Shown here one piece after another: positions 29,665 through 40,237 of a stretch of 64,000 bases of DNA. Every line of letters starts with the position of its first letter. Position 1 is the first letter of the stretch. Below the pieces are notes generated by a model that made no database searches, had not been told where the DNA came from, and was given only the letters and a program-made list of their open reading frames with translations. The stretch is from assembly GCF_034521535.1 (NCBI RefSeq), contig NZ_JAXHMF010000004.1, positions 19,870 to 83,869 on the forward strand, read 5' to 3'. The position numbers and the translations under genes were made by a program. Origin of the DNA: Rhodohalobacter sp. Lineage in GTDB: Bacteria > Bacteroidota > Rhodothermia > Balneolales > Balneolaceae.

Positions 29665-30555
29665 ATGTCAGCAAAATTAATTGACGGGAAAAAGGTAGCA
29701 TCAGAACTGAAAGAACAGATCAGGGAAGATGTTGATAACTGGGTGAGCGCGGGCAATCGCCGGCCTTTTTTGAAAGTTCTTCAGGTTGGAAATGATCCGG
29801 CTTCCTCAACTTATATCCGCGCGAAAACCCGTTCCTGCAAAGAAGTGGGGATTGATACGGATACTACTCACTTACCCGATACGGTTTCCGCAAAAGAGCT
29901 GAAGTCTGTGATTCAAGGTTTTAACGATGATGATTCTATTGACGGAATTTTGGTTCAGCTTCCTCTGCCGTCGCACCTTTCATCCCATGCTGTTATTGAA
30001 AGTATCGATCACCGGAAGGATGTGGATGGATTTCACCCGATGAACGTTGGACGGTTGACGCTTGATCAACCGACATTCAAGTCCTGTACGCCGGCCGGAA
30101 TTTTTGAGCTGTTTAAGTACTACAGCATTCCTACAAAAGGAAAACACGCCGTAGTTGTGGGAGCCAGTAATATTGTGGGAACTCCGATGTCTATCATGCT
30201 TTCCCGCGAGAATTCAGCCGGTAAAGCAACCACTACTATCTGCCATAAGTTTACCAAAGATATCACTCAGCATACTATTGCGGCTGATATTTTAGTTGTA
30301 GCCGCAGGTCAGCCGAATCTGATAAAAGCCGAGATGGTGAAGGAGGGAGCTGTAGTTATCGATGTAGGAATAAATCGAGTGGCCGACGAGACCAACGACA
30401 GAGGTTATAAATTAACCGGCGACTGTGATTTTGAAAGTTTGAAAGATAAAGCAAGCTGGATTACACCGGTTCCAGGGGGTGTAGGCCCTATGACCGTTGC
30501 CATGCTGATGAAGAATACGCTTCTGGCTGCTAAAAAATCGATCTATCCGGATTGA
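29665..30555 (+). CDS. folD: Bifunctional methylenetetrahydrofolate dehydrogenase/cyclohydrolase
   Basis: IDGK, DGILVQLPLP, KDVDGFHP, SCTPAG, VIDVGINR, ITPVPGGVGPMT. Confidence 0.97.
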   Translation: MSAKLIDGKKVASELKEQIREDVDNWVSAGNRRPFLKVLQVGNDPASSTYIRAKTRSCKEVGIDTDTTHLPDTVSAKELKSVIQGFNDDDSIDGILVQLPLPSHLSSHAVIESIDHRKDVDGFHPMNVGRLTLDQPTFKSCTPAGIFELFKYYSIPTKGKHAVVVGASNIVGTPMSIMLSRENSAGKATTTICHKFTKDITQHTIAADILVVAAGQPNLIKAEMVKEGAVVIDVGINRVADETNDRGYKLTGDCDFESLKDKASWITPVPGGVGPMTVAMLMKNTLLAAKKSIYPD

Positions 30556-30571
30556 TCACTTAAAGGACTTT

Positions 30572-31312
30572 ATGTTTGATCTGCCTCGTCTGATATCCAT
30601 TACTCTGATATTCTTACTGTTTTATTCAGTAGCGGGAATGGCTACGGTTTCGGCACAGAGTGCAGGTTCTCAAACCCTGCAAGAAATTTCAACCAATGAG
30701 TTTCAAAACAATAGTCAAAAATCACCCTCAGCTGCGTTTGTTCGATCACTGGTTCTTCCCGGGTGGGGACATTTCTATGCGGGGAACCAACACAATACCC
30801 GTGGAGCCGTGCATGTGGGAGCAGACGCGGCATTAATTGGATCGATATTTGGATTTAATATCCGTGCGAACCGAATCGAAAATGATTACATAACGTTTGC
30901 CAATCTCAATGCCGGAGTTGATCTATCTTCCAGAGATCGCTCTTTTCGACTGGCTGTGGCCGATTTTAACTCGCTTGAAGATTACAATGACTATCAGCTT
31001 CGTACGCGTAACTGGAATCGCTTAATAGAAGACACTCCAAACAACAGATGGAACTGGCCGGACTCTGATGCCAGAAACAGATATAGCGAAATGAGGTCTG
31101 ATTCAGATCGAATCCGGAGTCAAATTCCTGCATTGGCGGGGATTATGGTGGTAAATCGAATCATAAGTGCGATTAGTGCTTATAACCGGGTTCGAAATGA
31201 AATTGAATCAACACCTCAAAGCAGAACTGAATTGGCCATTCTCCCTATTATGATAGATAATCGTTATTCAGATATTTCAGGGGCTGCCGCACAAATCACA
31301 ATACGTTTTTAA
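30572..31312 (+). CDS. Secreted/membrane hypothetical protein (SLVLPGWG motif, DUF5683-like)
   Basis: Signal peptide; KSP..AFVRSLVLPGWGHFY motif. Confidence 0.7.
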   Translation: MFDLPRLISITLIFLLFYSVAGMATVSAQSAGSQTLQEISTNEFQNNSQKSPSAAFVRSLVLPGWGHFYAGNQHNTRGAVHVGADAALIGSIFGFNIRANRIENDYITFANLNAGVDLSSRDRSFRLAVADFNSLEDYNDYQLRTRNWNRLIEDTPNNRWNWPDSDARNRYSEMRSDSDRIRSQIPALAGIMVVNRIISAISAYNRVRNEIESTPQSRTELAILPIMIDNRYSDISGAAAQITIRF

Positions 31313-31328
31313 AACCCGGCGTCTCAAT

Positions 31329-32063
31329 ATGAAGCGATACAAACTCACATTTGAGTTCGAGGGCACAGACTTTAAAGGGTGGCAGAGGCAGCCGGATGTC
31401 CGCACGGTGGAAGGTGTAATTGAAGATGCGTTTAGTAAGTTCTATCAAGAAGAGATCAATATCATTGGCCAGGGTCGTACAGATGCAGGTGTTCATGCTT
31501 TAGCTCAAACAGCACACGTGGATCTGCCTGATCGCTTCACGATCAAAAAAATCGAACAGGCAATGAAGGGATTGCTGCCTGGGGATGTTGTTTTGAAGGG
31601 GATGGAAGAGGTTGACCAGGATTTTCATGCGCGATTTCATGCAGTACAAAGAGCATATCAATATCAGGTTTCTACAAAACCGGTTGCACTTAATCGAAAT
31701 TTGGTCTGGAGTTATTTCTTTGAACCGAATATCGATTTGTTACATGAGTGTGCGGATAAAATTCAGGGAGAGCATGATTTTATCAATTTTTGTATACCCA
31801 ATGATGAGGAGTACGGCACAACGATCTGTTCAATTACGGAAAGCAGATGGAGAGAAAAGGACGGGTTATGGTTTTACGAGATTGAAGGCAATCGTTTTTT
31901 ACGACATATGGTGCGCCGACTGGTTGGTGGTATGATTAAGGTCTCTGCCGGAAAAATCAATATAAACGAGTTCGATCGATTCCTGACCGGTGAGGAAGTA
32001 CGTCAAAAAGCTTTTTCTGCACCAGCCGCCGGGCTTATCCTTACACGAGTTCACTATACCTGA
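31329..32063 (+). CDS. truA: tRNA pseudouridine(38-40) synthase
   Basis: EGTDFKGWQRQ, GRTDAGVHA, FHARF, GEHDF, FLRHMVR, APAAGL. Confidence 0.97.
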   Translation: MKRYKLTFEFEGTDFKGWQRQPDVRTVEGVIEDAFSKFYQEEINIIGQGRTDAGVHALAQTAHVDLPDRFTIKKIEQAMKGLLPGDVVLKGMEEVDQDFHARFHAVQRAYQYQVSTKPVALNRNLVWSYFFEPNIDLLHECADKIQGEHDFINFCIPNDEEYGTTICSITESRWREKDGLWFYEIEGNRFLRHMVRRLVGGMIKVSAGKININEFDRFLTGEEVRQKAFSAPAAGLILTRVHYT

Positions 32064-32157
32064 AATCCTCTTGTTAACAAATTGATAACATTGATTTAAC
32101 GATTCAATAAGATCAGAAGTCCATTTTAGGTGCGTTACGATTAACCAAAATCAATGT

Positions 32158-32442
32158 ATGTTAATTGGCTCCAGCTTTAATTCTACTTTGGACAGTATTC
32201 TGTTAGAGGCATTTCAAATCTCTGAAGAGAAAGAAATAGGTCGGATTGAAGTAGAAGAGCTAAACAAATCACTTCGCCTGGATCGCAGGGAGATAAAGAA
32301 CTATCTGGAATATCTCAGCGATAAAAATCTCATCATTCTTTCCACAATTGGCGGGCCTTTTTTATACGGTCATGTAGAATTAACATCAGACGGAATAAAA
32401 AGGGCTAAACTAATTCAAAAAAAGAGGAATTCAGCAGGGTAA
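32158..32442 (+). CDS. Small hypothetical protein, winged-helix-like
   Basis: LNKSLRLDRREIKNYLEYLSDKNLI...VELTSDG resembles a wHTH; family not identified. Confidence 0.65.
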   Translation: MLIGSSFNSTLDSILLEAFQISEEKEIGRIEVEELNKSLRLDRREIKNYLEYLSDKNLIILSTIGGPFLYGHVELTSDGIKRAKLIQKKRNSAG

Positions 32443-32590
32443 GATACTCAGCTCGATCTGAAGATCTCTATGCCGGACAATATGTTTCGGTTTCCAATCC
32501 CAATTGTTTTCTTTTGCTTGCTTTTACACGATTTCCCCTCGTCTTTTGCAGAAAGTTTCCTACCTTTGAAGCGACTGTTTTAAAGACTAA

Positions 32591-32738
32591 ATAGTGTCTC
32601 TAAGTAAACGACAATCTCTGCGTATCGCTTCGCGGGAAAAAAGAGGGCGCTTGTTCAAAAAATGCTCATGTACACATAGTACACTCCGCTTTTTTGACCT
32701 TCGCGCGCCTTGATCTTGACGTTTTCTTAGGACACTAT
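32591..32738. mobile_element. MITE-like element with ~23-bp TIRs upstream of ald
   Basis: atagtgtctctaagtaaacgacaa vs the reverse complement atagtgtcctaagaaaacgtcaa of the right end; internal hairpin with tgtac-acata-gtaca core. Confidence 0.65.
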
Positions 32739-32776
32739 GAGTTTTCTTACAAACACTAAATAAAAAAAACGATAAA

Positions 32777-33889
32777 ATGATTATTGGAGTACCTAAAGAG
32801 ATAAAAACTCTCGAAAATCGTGTTTCTCTACAACCTGGCGGAGTTCTTCAATTGAAAAATAAAGGGCACGAAGTCCTTATTGAAAAAGGAGCAGGACTTG
32901 GAAGTGGTTTTACCGATGACATGTATGAAAAAAACGGCGCTACCATCGTCGATGATGTTGAAGAGGTTTGGAAACGAGCCGAAATGATTATGAAAGTGAA
33001 AGAGCCGATTAAGGAGGAGTATCCCCGCATGCGTGAGGGACAGATCATCTTCACCTATTTTCATTTCGCGGCGAGCCGTGAACTGACCGAGGCGGTTCAA
33101 AAATCGAAGTGCATTGCCATTGCCTACGAAACCGTTGAAAAATCTGACGGATCACTTCCACTACTGGTTCCTATGAGTGAGGTTGCCGGACGTATGGCGG
33201 CTCAGGAAGGAGCCAAGTACCTGGAAAAAACATTTGGTGGACGCGGTGTACTGATGGGTGGAATTCCCGGTGTGAAGCCTGCCAATGTAATTGTTCTCGG
33301 TGGCGGTATTGTTGGTGTAAATGCAGCAAGAATAGCTGCAGGAATGGGAGCCAATACAACCATCCTGGATATCAACATCAACAGATTACGATATCTGGAC
33401 GAAGTTCTTCCCAAAAATATTGATACTCAGTTCTCCTCAGAGGGGGCTATTCGAAATCTGCTTCCAACAACCGATCTTATTATTGGTGCAGTGCTCATAC
33501 CCGGTGCAAAAGCTCCTAGCCTGATCAGCAGAGATATGCTCAAGCTTATGCGGCCCGGCACCGTGATGGTAGATGTTGCTATTGACCAGGGCGGATGCTT
33601 TGAAACATCGAAGGCAACTACTCATGATGATCCGATCTATGAAGTTGATGATGTGGTACATTACTGTGTAGCCAATATGCCCGGAGCGGTACCGTACACA
33701 TCCACTATGGGACTGACCAATGTTACGCTTCCGTATGCTGTTCAGATTGCAAATAAGGGGTGGAAAAAAGCCCTGAATGATGATTCCGAACTGAAGATGG
33801 GGCTCAATATTGCAGACGGTAAAATTGTCTACGAATATGTTGCAGACGCTTTTGATATGGAATACACTCCAGTTGAAGAAGTGATGTAA
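32777..33889 (+). CDS. ald: Alanine dehydrogenase
   Basis: MIIGVPKEIK, KVKEP, FTYFHFA, PMSEVAGR, DVAIDQGGCFET, HYCVANMPGAVP. Confidence 0.97.
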   Translation: MIIGVPKEIKTLENRVSLQPGGVLQLKNKGHEVLIEKGAGLGSGFTDDMYEKNGATIVDDVEEVWKRAEMIMKVKEPIKEEYPRMREGQIIFTYFHFAASRELTEAVQKSKCIAIAYETVEKSDGSLPLLVPMSEVAGRMAAQEGAKYLEKTFGGRGVLMGGIPGVKPANVIVLGGGIVGVNAARIAAGMGANTTILDININRLRYLDEVLPKNIDTQFSSEGAIRNLLPTTDLIIGAVLIPGAKAPSLISRDMLKLMRPGTVMVDVAIDQGGCFETSKATTHDDPIYEVDDVVHYCVANMPGAVPYTSTMGLTNVTLPYAVQIANKGWKKALNDDSELKMGLNIADGKIVYEYVADAFDMEYTPVEEVM

Positions 33890-33917
33890 TAAATCGCACA
33901 TTCTTAAGCTTTTAATT

Positions 33918-33956
33918 AAAAACCCGGTTCATATAATTTGACCCGGGTTTTTTTGT
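33918..33956 (+). terminator. Rho-independent terminator after ald
   Basis: aaaaacccgg...ccgggttttttt. Confidence 0.75.
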
Positions 33957-33970
33957 TTGCCTAATATAAT

Positions 33971-34130
33971 GTGAGTTCGAGATAAGAATTTGGAAAAAGT
34001 GTCTCCCTTCCTTCTTTGTTTTATAGTGTTACCCATGTTCTTGAACAACTGTTACCTATGTATCAAAACAAAACAGGAAAGGAGGGGACTTCTCATATGG
34101 ACAAATTCAATGACTTTATATCGAATTGAC
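33971..34130. mobile_element. Second element of the GTGAGTTCGAKATAA TIR family
   Basis: gtgagttcgagataa at 33971 (identical to the reverse complement of 17334-17348) and ttatatcgaattgac at 34116-34130. Confidence 0.6.
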
Positions 34131-34138
34131 ATTAACAT

Positions 34139-34173
34139 AAAAAAGCCCTGTCAGATAATATCCAACAGGGCTT
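34139..34173 (-). terminator. Rho-independent terminator after citrate synthase
   Basis: aaaaaagccctg...cagggctt with the U-tract on the minus strand. Confidence 0.7.
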
Positions 34174-34199
34174 CAATAGATTAGTATATGAACGAAAGC

Positions 34200-35369
34200 C
34201 TATCTTTCTTCAACAGGAGTCCATTCAAGATTCTTTTCACCGATGTAGAGTGCTCTTGGTCGAACCAGTCGGTTATTTTCTGACTGTTCGATATAGTGAG
34301 CAGACCAGCCTGAAACACGACTCATAGTGAAAATACATGTAAAAAGATCGGGTTGAATACCGATAGAGTAATAAACCGAAGCTGAGAAGAAATCCACATT
34401 TGGATCAATGTTTTTCTCTTCTTTCATGGTTTTCAACATGTCTTCAGACCATTCGTAGAGTTTCTCGTGTCCGGTCTCTTCAGAAAGTTTTTTCGACATT
34501 TTTCTGAGGTGAACGGCACGTGGATCAAAGGTCTTGTAAACTCTGTGACCAAAGCCCATCATCTTCTCCTTGTTCGCAAGTTTCTTCTTGGTGAAAGCAA
34601 CGGCATCCGCTTTTTCGCCATCTTTTTCAAGTTCAAGGAGTGTATTCATCACAGCGGTATTCGCACCACCGTGCAGCGGACCTTTCAGTGCGCCGATCGC
34701 ACCGGTAACAGCTGAGAACATATCTGATTCGGTAGCACAGATGGTTCTGGCCGTAAACGTTGAGGCGTTCATTCCGTGCTCTGCATGAAGAACAAGACAG
34801 AGATCCATAGTCTGTTCAGCTGCCTCGCCCGGCTCTTTACCGTTGAGCATGTATAGAAAGTTGAATGCTGTACTTCCTTCCTTAAGGGGAGAAACAATCT
34901 CTTCACCTCTCCGGGCTCTGTCGAAAGCCGCAATGATGGTTGGGATCTGTGCAGTCATGGCGATGGCATGATTCCGATTGTCTTTAGACTTGTCACCTGT
35001 TTTTTCGGTTTCGAAATCTGCAAGCATGGAAACAGCTGTTCTTAAAACAGCCATGGGTTCTGCATCCTTATTGGTAGAAGTAATATAGTCGAGAACCGGT
35101 TTGGGCAGCTCGCGCTGAGCAATCAGTTTTTTCTTTAGATCTTCCAGTTCAGCTTTATTGGGTAGTCTGTCGTTCCAAAGCAGAAAGCAGACCTCTTCGA
35201 AAGTTGCTTTGTCTGCAAGTACATCAATGTTATACCCTGAGTAGATGAGTTCACCCTTTTGCCCGTCAATAGAACTTTTGGTGGTAGAAAAAGCAACAAT
35301 ACCGTCTAAACCCCTGTTGATATGCGGATATTCGCTTGTATCAATATTATCCAAATTATGTTGCGCCAT
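34200..35369 (-). CDS. Citrate synthase (type I dimeric / 2-methylcitrate synthase family)
   Basis: RGLDGI, LHAEHGMNASTF, LKGPLHGGAN, MGFGHRVYKTFDPRA, PNVDF, SRVSGWSAH. Confidence 0.93.
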   Translation of the reverse strand: MAQHNLDNIDTSEYPHINRGLDGIVAFSTTKSSIDGQKGELIYSGYNIDVLADKATFEEVCFLLWNDRLPNKAELEDLKKKLIAQRELPKPVLDYITSTNKDAEPMAVLRTAVSMLADFETEKTGDKSKDNRNHAIAMTAQIPTIIAAFDRARRGEEIVSPLKEGSTAFNFLYMLNGKEPGEAAEQTMDLCLVLHAEHGMNASTFTARTICATESDMFSAVTGAIGALKGPLHGGANTAVMNTLLELEKDGEKADAVAFTKKKLANKEKMMGFGHRVYKTFDPRAVHLRKMSKKLSEETGHEKLYEWSEDMLKTMKEEKNIDPNVDFFSASVYYSIGIQPDLFTCIFTMSRVSGWSAHYIEQSENNRLVRPRALYIGEKNLEWTPVEER

Positions 35370-35584
35370 TATATGTAGTCATTTTTAATTAACATTATTA
35401 TCCCTGCGGTCGTGTTATGTCACATCGTGAAAAGCTGAACGTGTCTCCTAGAATGGATAAACTTAATGAATATAAATCGTTCAGCGAGCGTCATCTTCTT
35501 TGGCACGCAGAAATTTTCTTTTTTATGCTAATAAAATACAAAAAAAGAAGCGCTTTTAGAAGAAACTTAAGAGGTAAAAGTCTG

Positions 35585-36367
35585 TTAAGAGTTGCTCTTA
35601 TCTCTTGAATTATTCTTTGCTTCATCCCAAAGCTGATCCATCTCTTCCAATGATGCATCAACAATTGAGCGGTTATTCTCTTTCAAGCTTTTTTCGATGT
35701 GTTGAAATCTGTGGATAAATTTTCTGTTTGCCCCACGGATGGCATCCTCCGCATTTAACCCTATCAGCCGACCCACATTAACCAGGCTAAAAAGCAAGTC
35801 GCCGAACTCTTCCTGTTGCTCTTTCGCCGTTTGATTCTCTACAGCATCACGCCATTCATCAATCTCCTCATTTAGCTTATTCCAGGCGAGCTTCCATTCC
35901 GCCCAGTCAAAACCAACGTTCGCCGCTTTTTCCTGCATACGCTGAGCGCGAATCAAACCGGGCAGGTGCTTGGGAACACCGTCCAGGATGGACTCCCTGC
36001 CTTCTTTTAGTTTGATGGCTTCCCAGTTTGCCGCAACCTGATTTTCCTCTTCTGCAACAGTGTCTCCGAATACATGGGGATGCCGGCGAATCAGTTTTTC
36101 CGATATACTGTAGATAACATCTCCGATCTCAAAATGGTCTGTTTCTGAAGCCATTTTGGTTTGAAAAACGACATGAAGAAGCAGATCTCCCAGCTCTTTT
36201 CTGAGCTCTTCCATATCATTGTTGTCGATAGCTTCAACCGCTTCGTAAGCTTCTTCAATCAAATTGTCTTTGATGGAGTGGTGAGTCTGTTTGCGATCCC
36301 AGGGACACTCTTTACGTAGTATGGAAATAAGCTCGACAAGATCTTCAAATTTTCGGGAGGGCTTCAT
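35585..36367 (-). CDS. mazG: Nucleoside triphosphate pyrophosphohydrolase
   Basis: CPWDRKQT, EEAYE, ELGDLLL, KLIRRHPHVF, second domain EEFGDLLFS. Confidence 0.96.
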   Translation of the reverse strand: MKPSRKFEDLVELISILRKECPWDRKQTHHSIKDNLIEEAYEAVEAIDNNDMEELRKELGDLLLHVVFQTKMASETDHFEIGDVIYSISEKLIRRHPHVFGDTVAEEENQVAANWEAIKLKEGRESILDGVPKHLPGLIRAQRMQEKAANVGFDWAEWKLAWNKLNEEIDEWRDAVENQTAKEQQEEFGDLLFSLVNVGRLIGLNAEDAIRGANRKFIHRFQHIEKSLKENNRSIVDASLEEMDQLWDEAKNNSRDKSNS

Positions 36368-36464
36368 GAGTCAGATTACAGTGTGTCAGTTTTCAGTTTT
36401 TCAGTGTGATGGAAGATAGAAAGATTGGCTTGATAAATGTAATGCGGTTTGGGTTTTACATGGT

Positions 36465-37030
36465 ATGTGAAAAGGCAAAAGTGAAAGGTGAAACGGCTGA
36501 TTGTGCCTGAAGCCAGGTATTTCTAACCACTACGAACACGAAGGTTTTCACAATGGGCACTAAGTACTCACTGAGAAAAAAAGTACGTCTTTGTGAGGAC
36601 TTCAACCATAGTCTCCAGAGTTCCAAAAAGCATATCAATTCATTGCACGAACCTTAGAAAGGCCCCGAGCCCGGTGTTTTCGAAAGGCTACCAGTGACAG
36701 AATAGGAAAAGCTTCAAATTGTGCATCAAACACCCCTCCCGGCTAAAGCCGTACTCCCCTCAAGGGGAGATTCATTCTGTTACCTTCGAAATAGTGTTGC
36801 ACCGGATTTGGCAAAATTAGGTACTCGAATTGACGGTGGGTGATTTTGTGTGAAATAACTCTCCTCGTCCCGGTGCTCCGCTCCGGCGACGACAGCCCTG
36901 CAGCTCCGCTGCATTTTACAGACAATAAGATGCAGGTTTCTGGCCACAAGCTTCAGGTTGTAGATGCCTGAAGCCTGTTAACTCGTCAGGACGAACCGTC
37001 GAAATGCACGCCGGAATTCGGCAGACGAGG
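36465..37030. repeat. Intergenic stack of mixed REP-like repeats
   Basis: Heptamers GTGAAAA GGCAAAA GTGAAAG GTGAAAC near 36467; acacccctcc...cccctcaaggggag near 36731-36770; inverted pair cctcgtc... / ...gacgagg at about 36863-37030. Confidence 0.65.
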
Positions 37031-37064
37031 GTTGAATCCTGAGACATGCTGCCTGAGACTTGAA

Positions 37065-38339
37065 CTACGTCTGTTTTTTCTTCTTCTCGGCAGCGGGGAA
37101 AAGGATATTGTTCAGAATCAACCGGTAACCGGGGCTGTTGGTGTGCAGGTTTAGGTCTGTCGGAGGATCGCCAACACGGTGTGTGTAGTCTTCCGGGTCG
37201 TGTCCGCCATAAAACGTAAAAGTACCGGTACCATAGTTTCCATGTATGTACTTCACCTGATCGCGTCCGGGCGACTCAGCAAGAATGACGGAACTGCTCT
37301 TAATTTTATCTTTCTGAAACGCGGTTGCCTGTCCGTAAAAACCGCGAATACTGTTTACGTGATTTTGAGTCAGCATTGTGGGGACAGGATCCCACTTCGC
37401 GGAGAAATCAAAGAGCGTAAAATAGTCGAGGCTTTCACTGATTCTGTTCAAATCCACCTCAATATCTATCGAGGAGTGCTCGTATTCGTAAGGATCGGTA
37501 ATGGCGCTGAAATTCTCGAAAGTGAAGGTTCGATCGAAGTCAAGCCGGTTGTTTACATCCGGTGTGATAGGATCACCGTCTATTTCTGTCGGGATAATGT
37601 CCAATCCTTCTGAAGCGAGGGCGATGTCGAAGGTGTCGGTGGCCGAACACATGGCAAACATAAACCCGCCATTGCCTACAAATTCTCGTATGCCGTGAAC
37701 AATATCGAGTTTGAGATGGCTCACCTTTTCATAGCCTAGCTCTTCGGCTAGAGTCCGCTTCTCCTGAACCTGGTTGATATACCACGGTGCATTTCGATAC
37801 ATGCTCCAGAATTTTCCAAACTGACCTGTGAAATCTTCATGATGCAGGTGCAGCCAGTCGTATTCACTCAGTTCGCCGGAGAGTACTTCTCGGTCATAGA
37901 CCGTATCATATGGAATTTCAGCATAGTCGAGCACAAGTGTAACAGCATCGTCCCAAGGAAGGGAACCGGGGGGAGTATAAACGGCAATATTCGGAGCAGC
38001 TTCAAGATTTACAGCGGCCATATTCACTCCGGGGTTTTCCACCTCGCTGATGATTTGCGATGCCTGAGATTCAGATATAATTTCAATTTTTACATTTCTG
38101 ATCCGGCTCTTTCTTACAATATCATGACTTTCTGTAGTTAGAAAACTTCCGCCTTTGTAGTTGAGCAGCCATTGACCGGTTTCCCCTTCACCCAAATGAT
38201 TGAAAATAACTCCATATGCTTTCAGATGGTTTGTTTGTGTTCCATCCATAGGGATAAGAACACGATTTTGTGCGGTGGTTTCCATGAAACTGAAACCAAT
38301 TAACAGACATGCCAGCAGTGGAATACTTAAATACTTCAT
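37065..38339 (-). CDS. Conserved secreted Bacteroidota protein (family often labelled asparagine synthetase B); glutamine-amidotransferase-like core
   Basis: Signal peptide; QTNHLKAYG, PWDDAVTL, DWLHLHHEDFTGQ, GGFMFAMCSATD, GGHDPEDY, SPGYRLILNN. Confidence 0.75.
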   Translation of the reverse strand: MKYLSIPLLACLLIGFSFMETTAQNRVLIPMDGTQTNHLKAYGVIFNHLGEGETGQWLLNYKGGSFLTTESHDIVRKSRIRNVKIEIISESQASQIISEVENPGVNMAAVNLEAAPNIAVYTPPGSLPWDDAVTLVLDYAEIPYDTVYDREVLSGELSEYDWLHLHHEDFTGQFGKFWSMYRNAPWYINQVQEKRTLAEELGYEKVSHLKLDIVHGIREFVGNGGFMFAMCSATDTFDIALASEGLDIIPTEIDGDPITPDVNNRLDFDRTFTFENFSAITDPYEYEHSSIDIEVDLNRISESLDYFTLFDFSAKWDPVPTMLTQNHVNSIRGFYGQATAFQKDKIKSSSVILAESPGRDQVKYIHGNYGTGTFTFYGGHDPEDYTHRVGDPPTDLNLHTNSPGYRLILNNILFPAAEKKKKQT

Positions 38340-40237
38340 TACAAATACTCGGTTTGAAACTGTTGCAATTTTTCGCGTGCGAATGATGCATAAAATCCGT
38401 TGGGGAATGATAGAATGATCTCTTCAAAAAACTCTTCGGCATCCGCCCGGGTGAATTCTGTTTTAACATCAGAATCGAAATACGTCTCTTCCGCTGCACG
38501 GTCAGCGCCTATAACAATTCTGCCCTGAACAATCTGTTCAACAAGAAGAGCGCGGTCCCACATCAGGCGCTCGAGAAGGGGAGATCCGGAGTTGGAATCG
38601 ATCTGTTTGTTAATCAGATGAAGCTTAAGTGTACTGTATTCTACAGGCAGAGCAGTGGAAAGTTCTACCGTTAAATCATCAGTAAGAACGGCTCTTGAAT
38701 TCTGTAAAAGAGGAGAGAGCTGATCCAGAGCCTGTTCATAATTTCCCGTATGCAGAGCGTAAACTCCATCGCCAAGAGTATTTAGAACAGAACCGGTTGA
38801 ATCGGCCCTCATTCCGTTTTGAATCCACATGCGCAGCTGTACGGCATCATTGGCGTAAAAGGAATCGTTTCGCCTCTCTAAAGATCGAAGCTGTATTTCA
38901 GCAAATTCAGAGTCACCGGCAAAAAAATCGGACAGGGCAGAGAAGTAGCGTACTTTCTCGGAAAGATTGGATTCATCGGTTGCACGATCTGCTCTTGCCA
39001 GATGTTGCCGCGCTGAACTAAAATTTTCATCAAAAATGGCAATCCGGCCTTCCGTGTAAAGAGCGTATGGATCATCGGAACCGGATATATCCTGCAACGT
39101 CTGAAACCACCGGCCTGCATTGTCGCGATTTTTAAAAACATCTAAAGAGAGTTCAACCAGCCTGGAAAGAACCCGGTCGGCCTGCTCATACTCAGCGTTT
39201 TGTTCAATCAGTTCTTCAGCGTTACTGTAGGATTTTTGATAAAGCGTTCGGATGGAATCGGGTGGAGCTAAATTGTTCTGTTCTGCATAATTGGCCCACT
39301 GCAGGTATGTATTGCTGAGTTCGTCATATGAGCGATAACGGGTGCTTAAATTTGTGCTCTCTTTATAGAATTTATAGGCGTTTTCAGCATACTGAAATTG
39401 TTTTGCTGAAAGAAAACGGTTACCCATAGAGAAGAGAGAGTAGACTGTATGCGATGTCTGCTCTTCATAATAGCGCGCAAAATTGTAGGCTCGTTCATAC
39501 TGTTCGGTTTCCAGCAACAGCCAGGAAAGTAGCTGATAAAGTGAAGAGTACGCCTCATGCGTTGTTGACAGATCAAGCATTAAATCTTCAAGTTCAAAGG
39601 AAGCGATATCGTAGAGTTGCTGATCCCTCATCTGAAAAAATCGTTGCTGAACTATGGCCATTTGTCGAGGAGATTCCAGAATTAACTGAAAATACTCATT
39701 CACTGATTCATCAAATCGTCCGGCCTGCATGTAGGTATTGGCAAGCTCATTCAGGAAAAGATTCTGATTGTTGAGCAGATCACGCGCTTCCCTGTAAGTA
39801 CGAATCGCCTCATCGTATTCCCGGCGATTGTTCATAGATGATGCGATGATATAGTGGGCCTGTATATTTCCATTTGAGCTATCAAGTGCATTCTGCCAAA
39901 CCTCCAGTGCTTCATCCTTTTGACCCTTTAAATGCAATATCTCTCCAAGTATTCCCCTGGCCTGCAGGGTCACGTAACCGCGATCAATTTGTTTTCGGAC
40001 AATATCCTCGGCCCGATCCAGCTCACTGGTTTGGATCAACGCTTCAACTAACCGGTCAAAAAAGACGAAAGATGATGGATTTTGATCGTGAAGATCACTC
40101 AGTATTGGAATGGCCTGTTCATAGTTCTGTTGCTGCATCAACCGGTTTGCAGTTTGAAAATCCCTGCTTTGAGAAAAGGACAGATCAGCCAGTACCAGAA
40201 AAATGAACAGTATGAGTGGGATTCCTTTTTTAAACAT
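38339..40237 (-). CDS. Secreted tetratricopeptide-repeat protein
   Basis: Signal peptide; multiple TPR-like helical repeats; ends FPNGFYASFAR. Confidence 0.85.
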   Translation of the reverse strand: MFKKGIPLILFIFLVLADLSFSQSRDFQTANRLMQQQNYEQAIPILSDLHDQNPSSFVFFDRLVEALIQTSELDRAEDIVRKQIDRGYVTLQARGILGEILHLKGQKDEALEVWQNALDSSNGNIQAHYIIASSMNNRREYDEAIRTYREARDLLNNQNLFLNELANTYMQAGRFDESVNEYFQLILESPRQMAIVQQRFFQMRDQQLYDIASFELEDLMLDLSTTHEAYSSLYQLLSWLLLETEQYERAYNFARYYEEQTSHTVYSLFSMGNRFLSAKQFQYAENAYKFYKESTNLSTRYRSYDELSNTYLQWANYAEQNNLAPPDSIRTLYQKSYSNAEELIEQNAEYEQADRVLSRLVELSLDVFKNRDNAGRWFQTLQDISGSDDPYALYTEGRIAIFDENFSSARQHLARADRATDESNLSEKVRYFSALSDFFAGDSEFAEIQLRSLERRNDSFYANDAVQLRMWIQNGMRADSTGSVLNTLGDGVYALHTGNYEQALDQLSPLLQNSRAVLTDDLTVELSTALPVEYSTLKLHLINKQIDSNSGSPLLERLMWDRALLVEQIVQGRIVIGADRAAEETYFDSDVKTEFTRADAEEFFEEIILSFPNGFYASFAREKLQQFQTEYL

